Position numbers and translations under genes: made by a program | Source of the DNA: an uncultured Bacilli bacterium | GTDB lineage: Bacteria > Bacillota_I > Bacilli_A > RF39 > UBA660 | Reading direction: 5' to 3' | DNA length: 64,000 bases | Assembly: GCA_934149465.1 (NCBI GenBank) | Contig: CAKPEZ010000002.1 | Coordinates: 88,758 to 152,757 of the forward strand | The notes under the pieces: generated by a model | What the model saw: the letters and a program-made list of their open reading frames with translations, nothing else | What the model was told of the DNA's origin: nothing | Databases searched by the model: none | Shown: positions 38,460 through 48,224 of the stretch, piece by piece | Layout: every line of letters begins with the position of its first letter | Position numbering within the stretch: the first letter of the stretch is position 1

Positions 38460-38509
38460 AAATAGATGATTATTATTAATCATCTTTAATTTAAAAAGGA
38501 GAAGCAAAA

Positions 38510-39382
38510 ATGATTAGTGCAAGCATGGTAAAAGAGTTAAGAGAAACAACAGGAGCTGGAATGCTTGATTGTAAAAAAGCTTTAGAAGCAGTTAATGGTA
38601 ATATGGAAGAAGCTATTACTTGGCTTCGTGAAAAAGGAATTTCTAAAGCTGCTAAAAAAGCTAGCAGAATTGCCGCAGAAGGTCTTGCTACTACTAAAAT
38701 TAGTGGTAACAAAGCAGTTATTGTTGAATTAAACTCTGAAACTGATTTCGTTGCTAAAAACGAAGAATTTAAAGAATTAATTAATCTAATAGCAGATGCT
38801 ATTATAAATGCAGAACCAACTACTAATGAAGAAGTTTTATCTCTTTCTGTAAATGGTCAAACTATTGAAGAATTAATTACTCAAAAGATTGCTAAAATTG
38901 GAGAAAAATTAAGCTTTAGAAGATTTGCTTTATTAACTAAGAATGATGATGAAGTTTTTGGTAGTTATGCACATATGGGTGGAAAGATTGTTACTTTAGT
39001 AAAACTTACTGGTAATAATAATGAACTTGCTAAAGATATTGCTATGCATATAGCAGCAATGCGTCCTTTATATTTAAATAAAGACGAAGTACCTGCTGAT
39101 GTATTAGAAAAAGAAAGAAATATTTTAAAAGAACAAGCTCAAAACGAAGGCTTAAAAGCAGATAAAATTGATATGATTATTAATGGTCGTATTAATAAGT
39201 ACTATGAAGAAGTATGCTTAGAAGATCAAGCTTTTATTAAAGAAAATAAAGTAAAAGTAAGCACTTACGTTAAGAATAATAATTCTAAAATAGTTTCATT
39301 TGTTCGCTACGAAGTAGGAGAAGGAATGGAAAAACGCGAAGATGATTTTGCAGCTGAAGTTATGAAACAAGCTAACGCTTAA
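38510..39382 (+). CDS. tsf: Elongation factor Ts
   Basis: VKELRETTGAGMLDCKKAL UBA-like N-terminus. 290 aa. Confidence 0.9.
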   Translation: MISASMVKELRETTGAGMLDCKKALEAVNGNMEEAITWLREKGISKAAKKASRIAAEGLATTKISGNKAVIVELNSETDFVAKNEEFKELINLIADAIINAEPTTNEEVLSLSVNGQTIEELITQKIAKIGEKLSFRRFALLTKNDDEVFGSYAHMGGKIVTLVKLTGNNNELAKDIAMHIAAMRPLYLNKDEVPADVLEKERNILKEQAQNEGLKADKIDMIINGRINKYYEEVCLEDQAFIKENKVKVSTYVKNNNSKIVSFVRYEVGEGMEKREDDFAAEVMKQANA

Positions 39383-39383
39383 A

Positions 39384-39415
39384 GAAAAAGAGGAAAAAAC
39401 TCTTTTTCTTTTTTT
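39384..39415 (+). terminator. Rho-independent terminator after tsf
   Basis: GAAAAAGAG-GAAAAAA-CTCTTTTTC followed by a T-run. Confidence 0.6.
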
Positions 39416-39451
39416 AAAATTTATGATATGATAAAAGATATGAGGTGGATT

Positions 39452-40369
39452 ATGAAGGCAGCAATTATTTATAACCCGACAAGTGGGAAACAATTTAATA
39501 CAGATAAAGTAAGAAAACAATTTCTAAATATTTTAACTGAAGCTAAATATGAAGCTAATTTTTATGTTACTGAGTATCATTTGCACGCTAAAAAAATTAT
39601 AAAAGAATTAAGTGATGATACTGATTTAGTATTAGTAGTAGGAGGAGATGGAACTTTAAATGAAGTAATATCTGGTAATTGTGAAAGAGAAAAACAACTC
39701 TTAATATCACCAATCCCCGTAGGTACTACTAATGATGTATGTAATATGCTTGGTTATGGGAAAAATATTCTAACTAATTTAAAAAATGCTTTAACTGGAG
39801 AAGTTAAAAATTTAGATATTTACGCTATAAATGGTCATCCTTTTATCTATGTCGCAGGATTTGGTAAATTTACTAATGTTCCTTATGATACTAAGAGAGA
39901 TAAGAAAAAAAAGTGGGGATATTTAGCATATGTTATGGAAGGGGTAAGATCATTTTTTAATAAAGATGATCTATATGAATTAACTTATGAAGTAGAATCT
40001 GGTAAGTATACGGGATTATATTCTTTTATTTCTGTTTCAAACGCTAGTAGAATAGCTGGATTTAATAACGTTTTTAAAGATGTTAAACTTAATGATGGAA
40101 AAATAGAAGTTCTCTTATCTAACATAGTAAAGAAAAAAGATTTAATTAGAAGTTTATATTTCCTAGCATCTAATGATATTTCTAATGTTCCTGGATTCTA
40201 CTTTCATAGAACTAGTTATTTAAGAATAACGTTTAAGAAAATTCCTAAGAATAGCTGGTGTATAGATGGTGAAAAACTAGAAGATGCAAATCTTACTTAC
40301 GAAATAAAAAAATTAACTACTATCAAAGTATTAGTAACTAAAAATGCAGATCCTAATCTATTTGTATAA
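39452..40369 (+). CDS. DAGK-catalytic-domain lipid kinase (YegS/DagK family)
   Basis: KAAIIYNPTSG and GGDGT motifs. About 300 aa. Confidence 0.75.
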   Translation: MKAAIIYNPTSGKQFNTDKVRKQFLNILTEAKYEANFYVTEYHLHAKKIIKELSDDTDLVLVVGGDGTLNEVISGNCEREKQLLISPIPVGTTNDVCNMLGYGKNILTNLKNALTGEVKNLDIYAINGHPFIYVAGFGKFTNVPYDTKRDKKKKWGYLAYVMEGVRSFFNKDDLYELTYEVESGKYTGLYSFISVSNASRIAGFNNVFKDVKLNDGKIEVLLSNIVKKKDLIRSLYFLASNDISNVPGFYFHRTSYLRITFKKIPKNSWCIDGEKLEDANLTYEIKKLTTIKVLVTKNADPNLFV

Positions 40370-40458
40370 TAAATAAGTAAAGCTCTAGTTTAATAAGAGA
40401 TTTTACTTGTTTTTTTTATGATGGTTTGTTATTATTAATATAGAAAGAAGATGAAAAT

Positions 40459-41628
40459 ATGAGAAGCATATTTAAAAAAATGGATAAAACTTTGCTTGTT
40501 ACAACGATTATTTTTTTTGCATTTGGTCTTATTATGATTCAAAGTGCTTCTTCTATGGAATCATATATGCGTTATGGGGCAAGTCCTTATAACTACTTTA
40601 TTAAACAGTTATTATTTTTACTTATGGGAGCAGTTGTTTTTTTAATGATCATTTTTTGGCCAACTAAGAATTATATGAAAACGGAAAAACTTATATTAGG
40701 TGGATCTTTATTAGCTCTTCTTGGACTTCCTTTATATGGAAGTGTTGCTAAGGGGGCAAAAAGCTGGTATGATTTAAAAGTATTTTCTCTTCAGCCTTCA
40801 GAGTTTATTAAAGTATTATTTATAGTTTATTTAGCAGTTTATTATGAAAAAAATAAGGATAATCTTTCTAATCAGTGGGTTTTAATGAAGCCTCTTATTT
40901 ATGCTTTAATAATTATCTTATTAATAGCGTCCCAGCCAGATTTAGGAACTGCGACTATTTTTGCTGGAATTGTCTTTTTAACTTTTTATGTAGTTCCTAT
41001 GCCTAAGAATAGCAAAAAGATGATTAATAAGATTATTATTAGTTTAATGCTTATAGTAGCGGCTATTTTAATTACTACTAAAGGATCTGTATTACAAAGT
41101 TATCAGTTACAAAGATTAAACTTTATTGATCCTTGTGAAAGATATAAAGAAGATTCTGGTTATCAGCTTTGTAATAGTTTTATTGCATTTAATGGGGGAG
41201 GACTTACTGGAAAGGGAATAGGGGGAAGTACGCAAAAATATTTATATCTTCCTGAAAGTTATACAGATTTTATTTATCCAATCATTGTTGAAGAGTGGGG
41301 ACTTATTGTTGGAATTATTATTTTACTTGCTTACTTGTTTGTTTTATATAGGACTTTAAAGATAGCCTTACGAGCAACTAATCTTAAGAACTCTTTAATA
41401 GCCTATGGTATTTTTATTTACTTACTAGCTCATATTTTAGTAAATCTTCTTGGAGTAACAGGACTTATCCCTCTTACCGGAGTACCACTTCCATTTTTAT
41501 CTTATGGAGGAAGTTACTCTCTTTCTCTTATGATAGCGCTTGGTCTTGTCCAAAGAGTAGAAATAGAAACTAGAAGTTCTAAAGAAAGAGAAATGAGGAA
41601 AAAGAAACGTGCTACTAACAAAGAATGA
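40459..41628 (+). CDS. SEDS-family peptidoglycan glycosyltransferase (FtsW/RodA/SpoVE)
   Basis: 10-TM protein with the large extracytoplasmic loop and conserved C-terminal GGSS-like region (SYGGSYSLSLM). Confidence 0.8.
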   Translation: MRSIFKKMDKTLLVTTIIFFAFGLIMIQSASSMESYMRYGASPYNYFIKQLLFLLMGAVVFLMIIFWPTKNYMKTEKLILGGSLLALLGLPLYGSVAKGAKSWYDLKVFSLQPSEFIKVLFIVYLAVYYEKNKDNLSNQWVLMKPLIYALIIILLIASQPDLGTATIFAGIVFLTFYVVPMPKNSKKMINKIIISLMLIVAAILITTKGSVLQSYQLQRLNFIDPCERYKEDSGYQLCNSFIAFNGGGLTGKGIGGSTQKYLYLPESYTDFIYPIIVEEWGLIVGIIILLAYLFVLYRTLKIALRATNLKNSLIAYGIFIYLLAHILVNLLGVTGLIPLTGVPLPFLSYGGSYSLSLMIALGLVQRVEIETRSSKEREMRKKKRATNKE

Positions 41629-42316
41629 TCAAATTTTAGTTAAACAAGTAAGTGATAACTTAAAAAGAGGAAGAACTTCTTCCTTTCTAGATAAAAGAGA
41701 ATTATCCTTAGTAATAAGCTATTTAAATAAAAATAAATCTTCTTATCAAATTTATTATCTTTTTAATGACTGTGATAAAGTAATTATTTATGATAAAGAA
41801 TTACCTAAGATAACATTATTTAAAATAATAAGTAAAATTAATCTTACCAATAGCGATATTTTAGGAACTTTATTTTCTTTAAATATAGATAGACATATAT
41901 TTGGAGATATTATTGAAATAGATGAAATATTTTATTTTCCAGTATTAGATAATATTGCTTCTTATATTAAGAATAATTTAACTATAATAAAGAAAAGTAT
42001 GATAACTTTGGAAGAAGAATCTCTTTCTTTAATAGAAAATTATGAACGAAATTATGATACTTTAGAATATATAGTATCTAGTCCTAGAATAGATATTATT
42101 GTTTCTAGAATTACTAATTTAAGTAGAAAAAACGTATTAGAGTTATTTAACAAGAATGAAATCTTACTTAATTATAATTATTCTAATAACTATGCTTATC
42201 TATTAAAAGAAGGAGATGTTTTCTCAATTAGAAAGCATGGGAAATATCGTTATAAGGGAATAATTAGAGAAACTAAATCTAAAAAGAAAGTCATAAAATT
42301 AGAAAAATACAAGTAA
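41609..42316 (+). CDS. YlmH-like RNA-binding S4-domain protein
   Basis: C-terminal S4-like segment RIDIIVSRITNLSRKNVLELF...EGDVFSIR. GTG start overlapping the SEDS gene end. Confidence 0.45.
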   Translation: MLLTKNDQILVKQVSDNLKRGRTSSFLDKRELSLVISYLNKNKSSYQIYYLFNDCDKVIIYDKELPKITLFKIISKINLTNSDILGTLFSLNIDRHIFGDIIEIDEIFYFPVLDNIASYIKNNLTIIKKSMITLEEESLSLIENYERNYDTLEYIVSSPRIDIIVSRITNLSRKNVLELFNKNEILLNYNYSNNYAYLLKEGDVFSIRKHGKYRYKGIIRETKSKKKVIKLEKYK

Positions 42317-42384
42317 AATTCTCCTTGTATTTTTCTTTGATATTGTGTATAATTTATATGGGATATAATTTTAGGAGGAGAGAT

Positions 42385-43002
42385 ATGTTTTTTAAAGCTT
42401 TTGAAGAAATACTTGGTAATGTTTGGCCTATGCTAATAATTATTTGCGTAATAGCAATTTCTTGCCGAATTGCATATATTTCTATTCATCATAAGAAGAT
42501 TGTCCTATATAGAGAAATATTAATGCTAGTATCACTTGTTTATTTACTATGTTTATATTATGTAGTTACTTTTCAAGATGTTAACTATGGTGGAATTAAC
42601 TTAGTACCATTTAAAGAGATGTTTCGCTATGATATAAATAGTCGTTTATTTTTAAAAAATGTTTTAGGAAATATTATATTATTTATTCCTTATGGTCTTT
42701 TTGTATCTTATTACTTAAAATGTAAAAAAGTTTACTGGCCAATTTTATTAACTGGAATAGCCTCAACAACGATAGAACTTGTTCAATATAAAATTGGTAG
42801 GGTTTTTGATATAGATGATATTATATTAAATATATTTGGTGGTATAGTAGGGTTTTTATTGTTTATAGGACTAGATGCCATTAAAAATAGAATGCCATCT
42901 TTTATGAAACATGAATGGTTCTTAAATTTAATTATCATTGTTATTATTATTTTAGTTATAATATATGGATTTAAAATTGATATAGTAGGGTTGTGGAATT
43001 AA
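42385..43002 (+). CDS. VanZ-family membrane protein
   Basis: NVLGNIILFIPYGLFVSY and four TM helices. ATG at 42385 preferred over the upstream ORF start. Confidence 0.6.
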   Translation: MFFKAFEEILGNVWPMLIIICVIAISCRIAYISIHHKKIVLYREILMLVSLVYLLCLYYVVTFQDVNYGGINLVPFKEMFRYDINSRLFLKNVLGNIILFIPYGLFVSYYLKCKKVYWPILLTGIASTTIELVQYKIGRVFDIDDIILNIFGGIVGFLLFIGLDAIKNRMPSFMKHEWFLNLIIIVIIILVIIYGFKIDIVGLWN

Positions 43003-43442
43003 TGTTTGAAATAATAAATGAAACTGACAAAGATATAGAAGAATTAAAAGAGGTAGAAAACTTTCTTAAATTTGTTGTAAAAAAAGAAAAACTAGAGAAT
43101 GCTATTTTTAATATTATTATAATAGATAATCCAAGAATAAAAGAAATTAATCGTGATTATAGAAAAATAGACCGAGAAACTGATGTAATAAGCTTTGCTT
43201 TAGAAGATAGCAAAGATTTAGAATATGAAGATTTTAGATTACTTGGAGATATTTATATTTCTATTGATAAAGCAGTCAGTCAAAGTATTGAATATAATCA
43301 TTCTTTATTAAGAGAATTATCTTTTTTAAGTATTCATGGTTTACTTCATTTACTTGGGTATGACCATATGAAAGAAGAAGATGAAAAGATTATGTTCGGA
43401 AAGCAAGAGGAGTTATTAAATGAATACCAAATCAAGAGGTAG
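43002..43442 (+). CDS. ybeY: rRNA maturation endoribonuclease YbeY
   Basis: HGLLHLLGYDH zinc-binding signature. Confidence 0.85.
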   Translation: MFEIINETDKDIEELKEVENFLKFVVKKEKLENAIFNIIIIDNPRIKEINRDYRKIDRETDVISFALEDSKDLEYEDFRLLGDIYISIDKAVSQSIEYNHSLLRELSFLSIHGLLHLLGYDHMKEEDEKIMFGKQEELLNEYQIKR

Positions 43443-43806
43443 AACTTCTTTTATTAGTAGTGTTAATCACTGCTTAGATGGAATTTCTTATACATTAAAA
43501 ACAGAACGTAACTTTAGAATTGAGTTTATTTTTGCTTTTTTAGTAGTTATCCTTGGTTTTATTTTAAAGATATCTTTAATAGAGTGGATTATTTGCTTAT
43601 TATTAATATCTTTTGTTTTAGTATTAGAATTAATAAATACTGCGATTGAAAGATTAACTGATTTTGTAAAAAAAGATTATGATGAAGAGATAAAAAATAT
43701 AAAAGATATAACTGCAGCATTTGTCTTTGTAATGAGTTCATTTGCTTTTGTAATAGGGTTAATTATCTTTGCTCCCAAAATTTTAGCATTAATAATAGGA
43801 GGATAA
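43420..43806 (+). CDS. dgkA: Membrane diacylglycerol/undecaprenol kinase DgkA
   Basis: 128 aa, 3 TM helices, ELINTAIERLTD motif. Conserved position between ybeY and cdd. Confidence 0.75.
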   Translation: MNTKSRGRTSFISSVNHCLDGISYTLKTERNFRIEFIFAFLVVILGFILKISLIEWIICLLLISFVLVLELINTAIERLTDFVKKDYDEEIKNIKDITAAFVFVMSSFAFVIGLIIFAPKILALIIGG

Positions 43807-43807
43807 T

Positions 43808-44194
43808 ATGAAAGAAGAACTAAAAAAATTATTAGAAAACTCTTATAGTCCATATTCTAAATTTAGAGTATCTTCTATTGTTGTAACTAATGATGGGAAT
43901 ATCTTTAAGGGAGTAAATGTTGAAAACGCTTCTTTTGGTGCAACTATATGTGCTGAGAGAAACGCTATTACAAATGCTATAACCTCTGGTTATACTAAAA
44001 ATGATTTTACTAAATTATATATAATGAGTGATGCTAAGGAAGGAAGTATGCCTTGCTTTATGTGTAGGCAAGTAATAAATGAATTTTTTCTTCCTACTAG
44101 CGAAGTTATTATTATGAATAAAGAGGGAATAGAAAAAAGATTTTTGGTAAAGGATATTTGTCCTTATCCATTTTTAGAAAGTGATTTTAAATAA
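43808..44194 (+). CDS. cdd: Cytidine deaminase
   Basis: CAERNAI and PCFMCRQ zinc-binding motifs. Confidence 0.85.
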   Translation: MKEELKKLLENSYSPYSKFRVSSIVVTNDGNIFKGVNVENASFGATICAERNAITNAITSGYTKNDFTKLYIMSDAKEGSMPCFMCRQVINEFFLPTSEVIIMNKEGIEKRFLVKDICPYPFLESDFK

Positions 44195-44218
44195 AAACAG
44201 GGAAGTAGAGGTGATTTT

Positions 44219-45109
44219 ATGAGAAGTGGATTTGTTAGCTTAGTTGGAAGGCCTAATGTAGGTAAATCAACTTTATTAAATAGTATTCTTGGGAAAAAGA
44301 TTGCTATTACATCAAACAAACCGCAAACAACTAGAAATATAATCCAAGGAATTTATAATGATGATGATACGCAAATTGTCTTTGTAGATACTCCTGGTAT
44401 TCATAAGCCTAAGAATAAATTAGGAAAAATGCTAAATAAAGAAGCTTATTTTTCAATTCAAGATGTTGATGTTGTTCTATTCTTAATTGATATAACAGAA
44501 AAACTTGGAAAAGGAGATTTATTTGTTATTGATGTTTTAAAGAATATCAATAAACCAGTTATTCTTGTAATCAATAAAATAGATATGGTATCTAAAGAAC
44601 AAATTCTTTTAACAATAGATGAATATCGTAATCTATATGATTTTGAAGAAATAGTACCAATATCAGCACTAAAAAAAGATAATGTTTTAAGATTAGTTAA
44701 TGTTATTAAGAAATATCTTAAAGATGAAATAAAATATTTTGATGATAATACTATTACTAGTAGTTCTAAAGAATTTATTATAAGTGAATTAATTAGAGAA
44801 AAGATTTTATATTTAACCGACGAAGAAGTACCTCATTCTGTTACTTGCGTTGTAGAGAGTATAAAAGACGAAGAAAATGTTGTGAATATAAATGCTTTAA
44901 TTGTAGTTGATAGAGAAAGCTTAAGAAAGATTATTATCGGTAAGCAAGGATCAATGATTAAAGAAATTGGAACTAAAGCAAGACTTGATATTGAAGAATT
45001 CTTAGGAAAGAAAGTATATCTTGAACTTTTTGTTAAAGTTTTACCTAAGTGGCGTGATAAAGATAAATACTTAAATGAGCTTGGTTTTAGAGATATGGAT
45101 TTAGATTAG
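44219..45109 (+). CDS. era: GTPase Era
   Basis: G1 GRPNVGKST, G3 DTPG, G4 NKID, C-terminal KH domain. Confidence 0.9.
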   Translation: MRSGFVSLVGRPNVGKSTLLNSILGKKIAITSNKPQTTRNIIQGIYNDDDTQIVFVDTPGIHKPKNKLGKMLNKEAYFSIQDVDVVLFLIDITEKLGKGDLFVIDVLKNINKPVILVINKIDMVSKEQILLTIDEYRNLYDFEEIVPISALKKDNVLRLVNVIKKYLKDEIKYFDDNTITSSSKEFIISELIREKILYLTDEEVPHSVTCVVESIKDEENVVNINALIVVDRESLRKIIIGKQGSMIKEIGTKARLDIEEFLGKKVYLELFVKVLPKWRDKDKYLNELGFRDMDLD

Positions 45110-45113
45110 AAAT

Positions 45114-46217
45114 ATGGAAAATAAATTTTGTTATAGCAAGTATGCTTGTCTTGATCAAGATGCCTTAAAGTTAAGAAGTGAAAATAAAGACTTTCGCTCT
45201 GTTTACTCAAGAGATGCTGATAAAATATTATTTTCTCTTTCTTATTCTCGTTATATAGATAAAACTCAAGTTTTTTCTTTCCAAGAAAACGATCATATTA
45301 CCAAAAGAATTATTCACGTTTCTTTAGTTAGTAGAATAGCAAGAACAATTGGTCGTAATTTAGGACTTAATGAAGACTTAATAGAAGCTATTTCCCTAGG
45401 GCATGATATAGGCCATGTTCCATTAGGACACTTAGGAGAAAAATTTTTAAATGAAATTAGCTTAAAATATTTAAATGAACGCTTTTTACATAATGTTCAA
45501 AGTGTTAGAAATTTTTTAAATATAGAAAAAGACGGACTTGGATGTAATTTATCTATTCAAGTATTAGATGGTATTCTTTGTCATAATGGAGAAAAAATTT
45601 TAAAAGAATATCATTATCATCCGAAAACTATTCAAGATTTCTTTTCTGATTATGAGAAGTGCTATCAAGAAAAGCAATTACTTACTGATATTGTGCCTAT
45701 GACTTTAGAAGGTGCTGTTGTTAGGATTAGCGATGTTATTGGATATCTAGGAAGAGGTTTAGAAGATGCCATTATTTTAGGAATTTTAAAAAAAGAAGAT
45801 ATTCCCAAAGAAATAAAAAATAACTTAGGAGAAGATAATAAAACAATTATTGATAAAGCAGTAGCGGATATCATTACTAATAGTCAAGATAAAAATTATA
45901 TTACAATGAGTGAAAATATGTACAATTCTTTAAATTTATTAATGAAGTTTAACTACAAAAATATTTATAATAAAGCAAACTCTAGAGAAAAAGTAGAAAA
46001 ATATCAAGAAATGTTTAATACTGTTTTTGAAGAAAATTTAAAATATCTTCAAAATAAAGATTATTCTAAAGATATTTATCAAATATTTCTTAAGAATATG
46101 CACAAAACATATTTAAAAGAAACTAAAGATATGCGAATAGTAATAGATTATATTGCAGGAATGACTGATGATTTCTTTTTTAGGGAATATAAAAAAATAA
46201 TAAATAAAAATGTATAA
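45114..46217 (+). CDS. HD-domain phosphohydrolase, dGTPase (Dgt)-like
   Basis: RIIHVSLVSRIARTIG...GHDIGHVPLGH HD motif. Inserted between era and yqzL/recO. Confidence 0.65.
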   Translation: MENKFCYSKYACLDQDALKLRSENKDFRSVYSRDADKILFSLSYSRYIDKTQVFSFQENDHITKRIIHVSLVSRIARTIGRNLGLNEDLIEAISLGHDIGHVPLGHLGEKFLNEISLKYLNERFLHNVQSVRNFLNIEKDGLGCNLSIQVLDGILCHNGEKILKEYHYHPKTIQDFFSDYEKCYQEKQLLTDIVPMTLEGAVVRISDVIGYLGRGLEDAIILGILKKEDIPKEIKNNLGEDNKTIIDKAVADIITNSQDKNYITMSENMYNSLNLLMKFNYKNIYNKANSREKVEKYQEMFNTVFEENLKYLQNKDYSKDIYQIFLKNMHKTYLKETKDMRIVIDYIAGMTDDFFFREYKKIINKNV

Positions 46218-46257
46218 AAAATATTTCTTTTGATCATTATGATATTAGGTGATTAAA

Positions 46258-46344
46258 ATGAATAAAAATGACTTATGGCAATTATTTAAGAAGACAGGAA
46301 AAATAGAATATTATTTAAAATATAAAGAATTATCTAAGAAGTGA
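46258..46344 (+). CDS. yqzL: YqzL-family small protein (28 aa), absent from the ORF track
   Basis: MNKNDLWQLFKKTGKIEYYLKYKELSKK resembles YqzL (W-x-F-x2-TG-x-IE-x-YL-x2-KE). Conserved era-yqzL-recO synteny. Confidence 0.45.
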   Translation: MNKNDLWQLFKKTGKIEYYLKYKELSKK

Positions 46345-46356
46345 TGTGATTAACAG

Positions 46357-47094
46357 GTGATAAAAAAGGTAGAAGGAGTCATAGTAAAAGAAATTCCTTA
46401 TAAAGAAAGTAGTAAAATTATAACCGTATTTACTAAAGATGATGGTATACTAGGAATATATGCTAAGGGAGTTAGAAAACTAACTAGTAAAATAGGTGCC
46501 AAAGTTAATAAACTTACATATGGATATTTTCATATAAAATATAATGAAAATGGATTATCTTCTTTAATTGATATAGAAATAATAGATCCTTTAAAAAATA
46601 TCAAAAAGGATTTAACTATGATCTGCTATGCAAGTTTTCTATCTGAATTATCTTCTCAAGTTTATCGTCATGATAATAATAAAGAAATATATAATCTTTA
46701 TATAAATAGCATTTTAAAAATTAACTCTGGATATAAGCCTTTAGTAATAAGTAATATTTTAGAATTAAAACTACTTTCATATCTTGGAATAAAGCCTGTA
46801 ATTGATAGCTGTGTAGAATGTGGTGGAAAAGAAGATATTGTAACTTTATCTAGTTATAAAGGAGGATATATCTGTAAGAGGTGCCTTACTAATGAAAAGA
46901 TAGTATTATCTAAAACAATAAAACTAATTAGAATGTTTTATTATGTTGATATTTCTAAAATAAGCAATATTTCTATTAGTGATGAAGTAGAAAATGAAAT
47001 AAATAGTTTTATTGATGATTACTATGAAAGATATAGTGGGCTATATTTAAAGAGTAAAGAATTTCTAAGAAATATTAATGAGCTTCAAACGTAG
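46357..47094 (+). CDS. recO: DNA repair protein RecO
   Basis: N-terminal OB fold (EGVIVKEIPYKESSKIITVFT) and C-terminal 4-Cys zinc motif CVECGG...CKRC. Confidence 0.8.
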   Translation: MIKKVEGVIVKEIPYKESSKIITVFTKDDGILGIYAKGVRKLTSKIGAKVNKLTYGYFHIKYNENGLSSLIDIEIIDPLKNIKKDLTMICYASFLSELSSQVYRHDNNKEIYNLYINSILKINSGYKPLVISNILELKLLSYLGIKPVIDSCVECGGKEDIVTLSSYKGGYICKRCLTNEKIVLSKTIKLIRMFYYVDISKISNISISDEVENEINSFIDDYYERYSGLYLKSKEFLRNINELQT

Positions 47095-47157
47095 AAGTTC
47101 ATTTTTGACTTTAAAAATAAGAGATGCTATGAAGATGCTTAAAGGAGGAATGTATTT

Positions 47158-47940
47158 ATGAAAATAACACTTGATACTAATATTAAAAAATTATCATTTT
47201 TTCAAAATAGAGAAGCTTTATGTATGATGTTTTATAAAAATGGAATTATTAGTCTTAGAGATCTTCTTTTAGCCGATCAAGAAACATTGTTAAGAATACG
47301 TAATTTTGGTCCTAAATCGCTTTTTGAATTAAAAGAGATGTGCAATGATTTAGAAAATACTTATCATTTTAGTAATGATCTTGAATTAAAAAAAGCTAGA
47401 GAATTGAGAAGTAAGATAACGTTAGATATGCCTATTTATAAGTTAGATATTTTTAAGAAGAATTCATATTATAAAAGCATCGGATTATCTTTAATGGAAA
47501 ATGATATTATTACGTTAGAAGACTTATTAAAAAGTACTGATGCTAGTATTATAAATGCTTCTAGATTAACAGACTTAGCTTTAACAGAAATAAAAAAATA
47601 TTTAACTTCTTTACAAGATGAGTATCATTTTTCTTTTTCTAAAGAAAAATTGTCTTTAGATACTAAAATATCTTCAATAAATGAGTTATTGCCTCTTGGA
47701 GCAGTTATTCGTAATTTAGAATCTCATAATATTATTACTATTTCTGATTTAATAGACGCTAATGATGAAGAGGTTTTAAAAGCTCGTAATGTTGGTAAAA
47801 AGAAATTATTAAAAATAAAAGAAATATTAGAAGAAGTTATAAATTCTATTCCAGTAGAATCAAAAGAAAATTCTGGAAAAAAATTGATTTTTACATTGAA
47901 AGAAATAGAACAAGAAAAACAGTTCACTAAAAGAAAATAA
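47158..47940 (+). CDS. Protein made of three tandem RNA-polymerase alpha C-terminal-domain (alphaCTD)-like HhH modules
   Basis: Three repeats resembling alphaCTD (LSVRSANCLKNAGI-TIGDLV...EELLKIPNLGKKSLEEIKEKL). Repeat 1 is LSFFQNREALCMMFYKNGIISLRDLLLADQETLLRIRNFGPKSLFELKEMC. Repeats 2 and 3 are similar. Confidence 0.55.
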   Translation: MKITLDTNIKKLSFFQNREALCMMFYKNGIISLRDLLLADQETLLRIRNFGPKSLFELKEMCNDLENTYHFSNDLELKKARELRSKITLDMPIYKLDIFKKNSYYKSIGLSLMENDIITLEDLLKSTDASIINASRLTDLALTEIKKYLTSLQDEYHFSFSKEKLSLDTKISSINELLPLGAVIRNLESHNIITISDLIDANDEEVLKARNVGKKKLLKIKEILEEVINSIPVESKENSGKKLIFTLKEIEQEKQFTKRK

Positions 47941-47967
47941 ATACATATATTTTAGTGGTGATGCTTT

Positions 47968-48186
47968 TTGAGTGAGAAAATATCTATTGATAAAGGAATA
48001 TTAAGATTAAATAAAAAAATTTATTCCGGAATATTACTTAGTAGCGCTTCTTATACAACTATATGCAGTTATGCTTTAATAAAGGAGCCATCTTTATATT
48101 TAGGATTACTCTTTTCATTTGGCATGGTTACTTCTTTATCAAGTACTTATTTACTAATAAAAACTAAAAAAAGACTTTTAAGATAG
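47968..48186 (+). CDS. Small hypothetical membrane protein
   Basis: 72 aa with two hydrophobic segments. No RBS evident. Confidence 0.3.
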   Translation: MSEKISIDKGILRLNKKIYSGILLSSASYTTICSYALIKEPSLYLGLLFSFGMVTSLSSTYLLIKTKKRLLR

Positions 48187-48224
48187 GTCTTTTTTTGTTA
48201 TAATTGACGGTAGGACGTGAAAAT

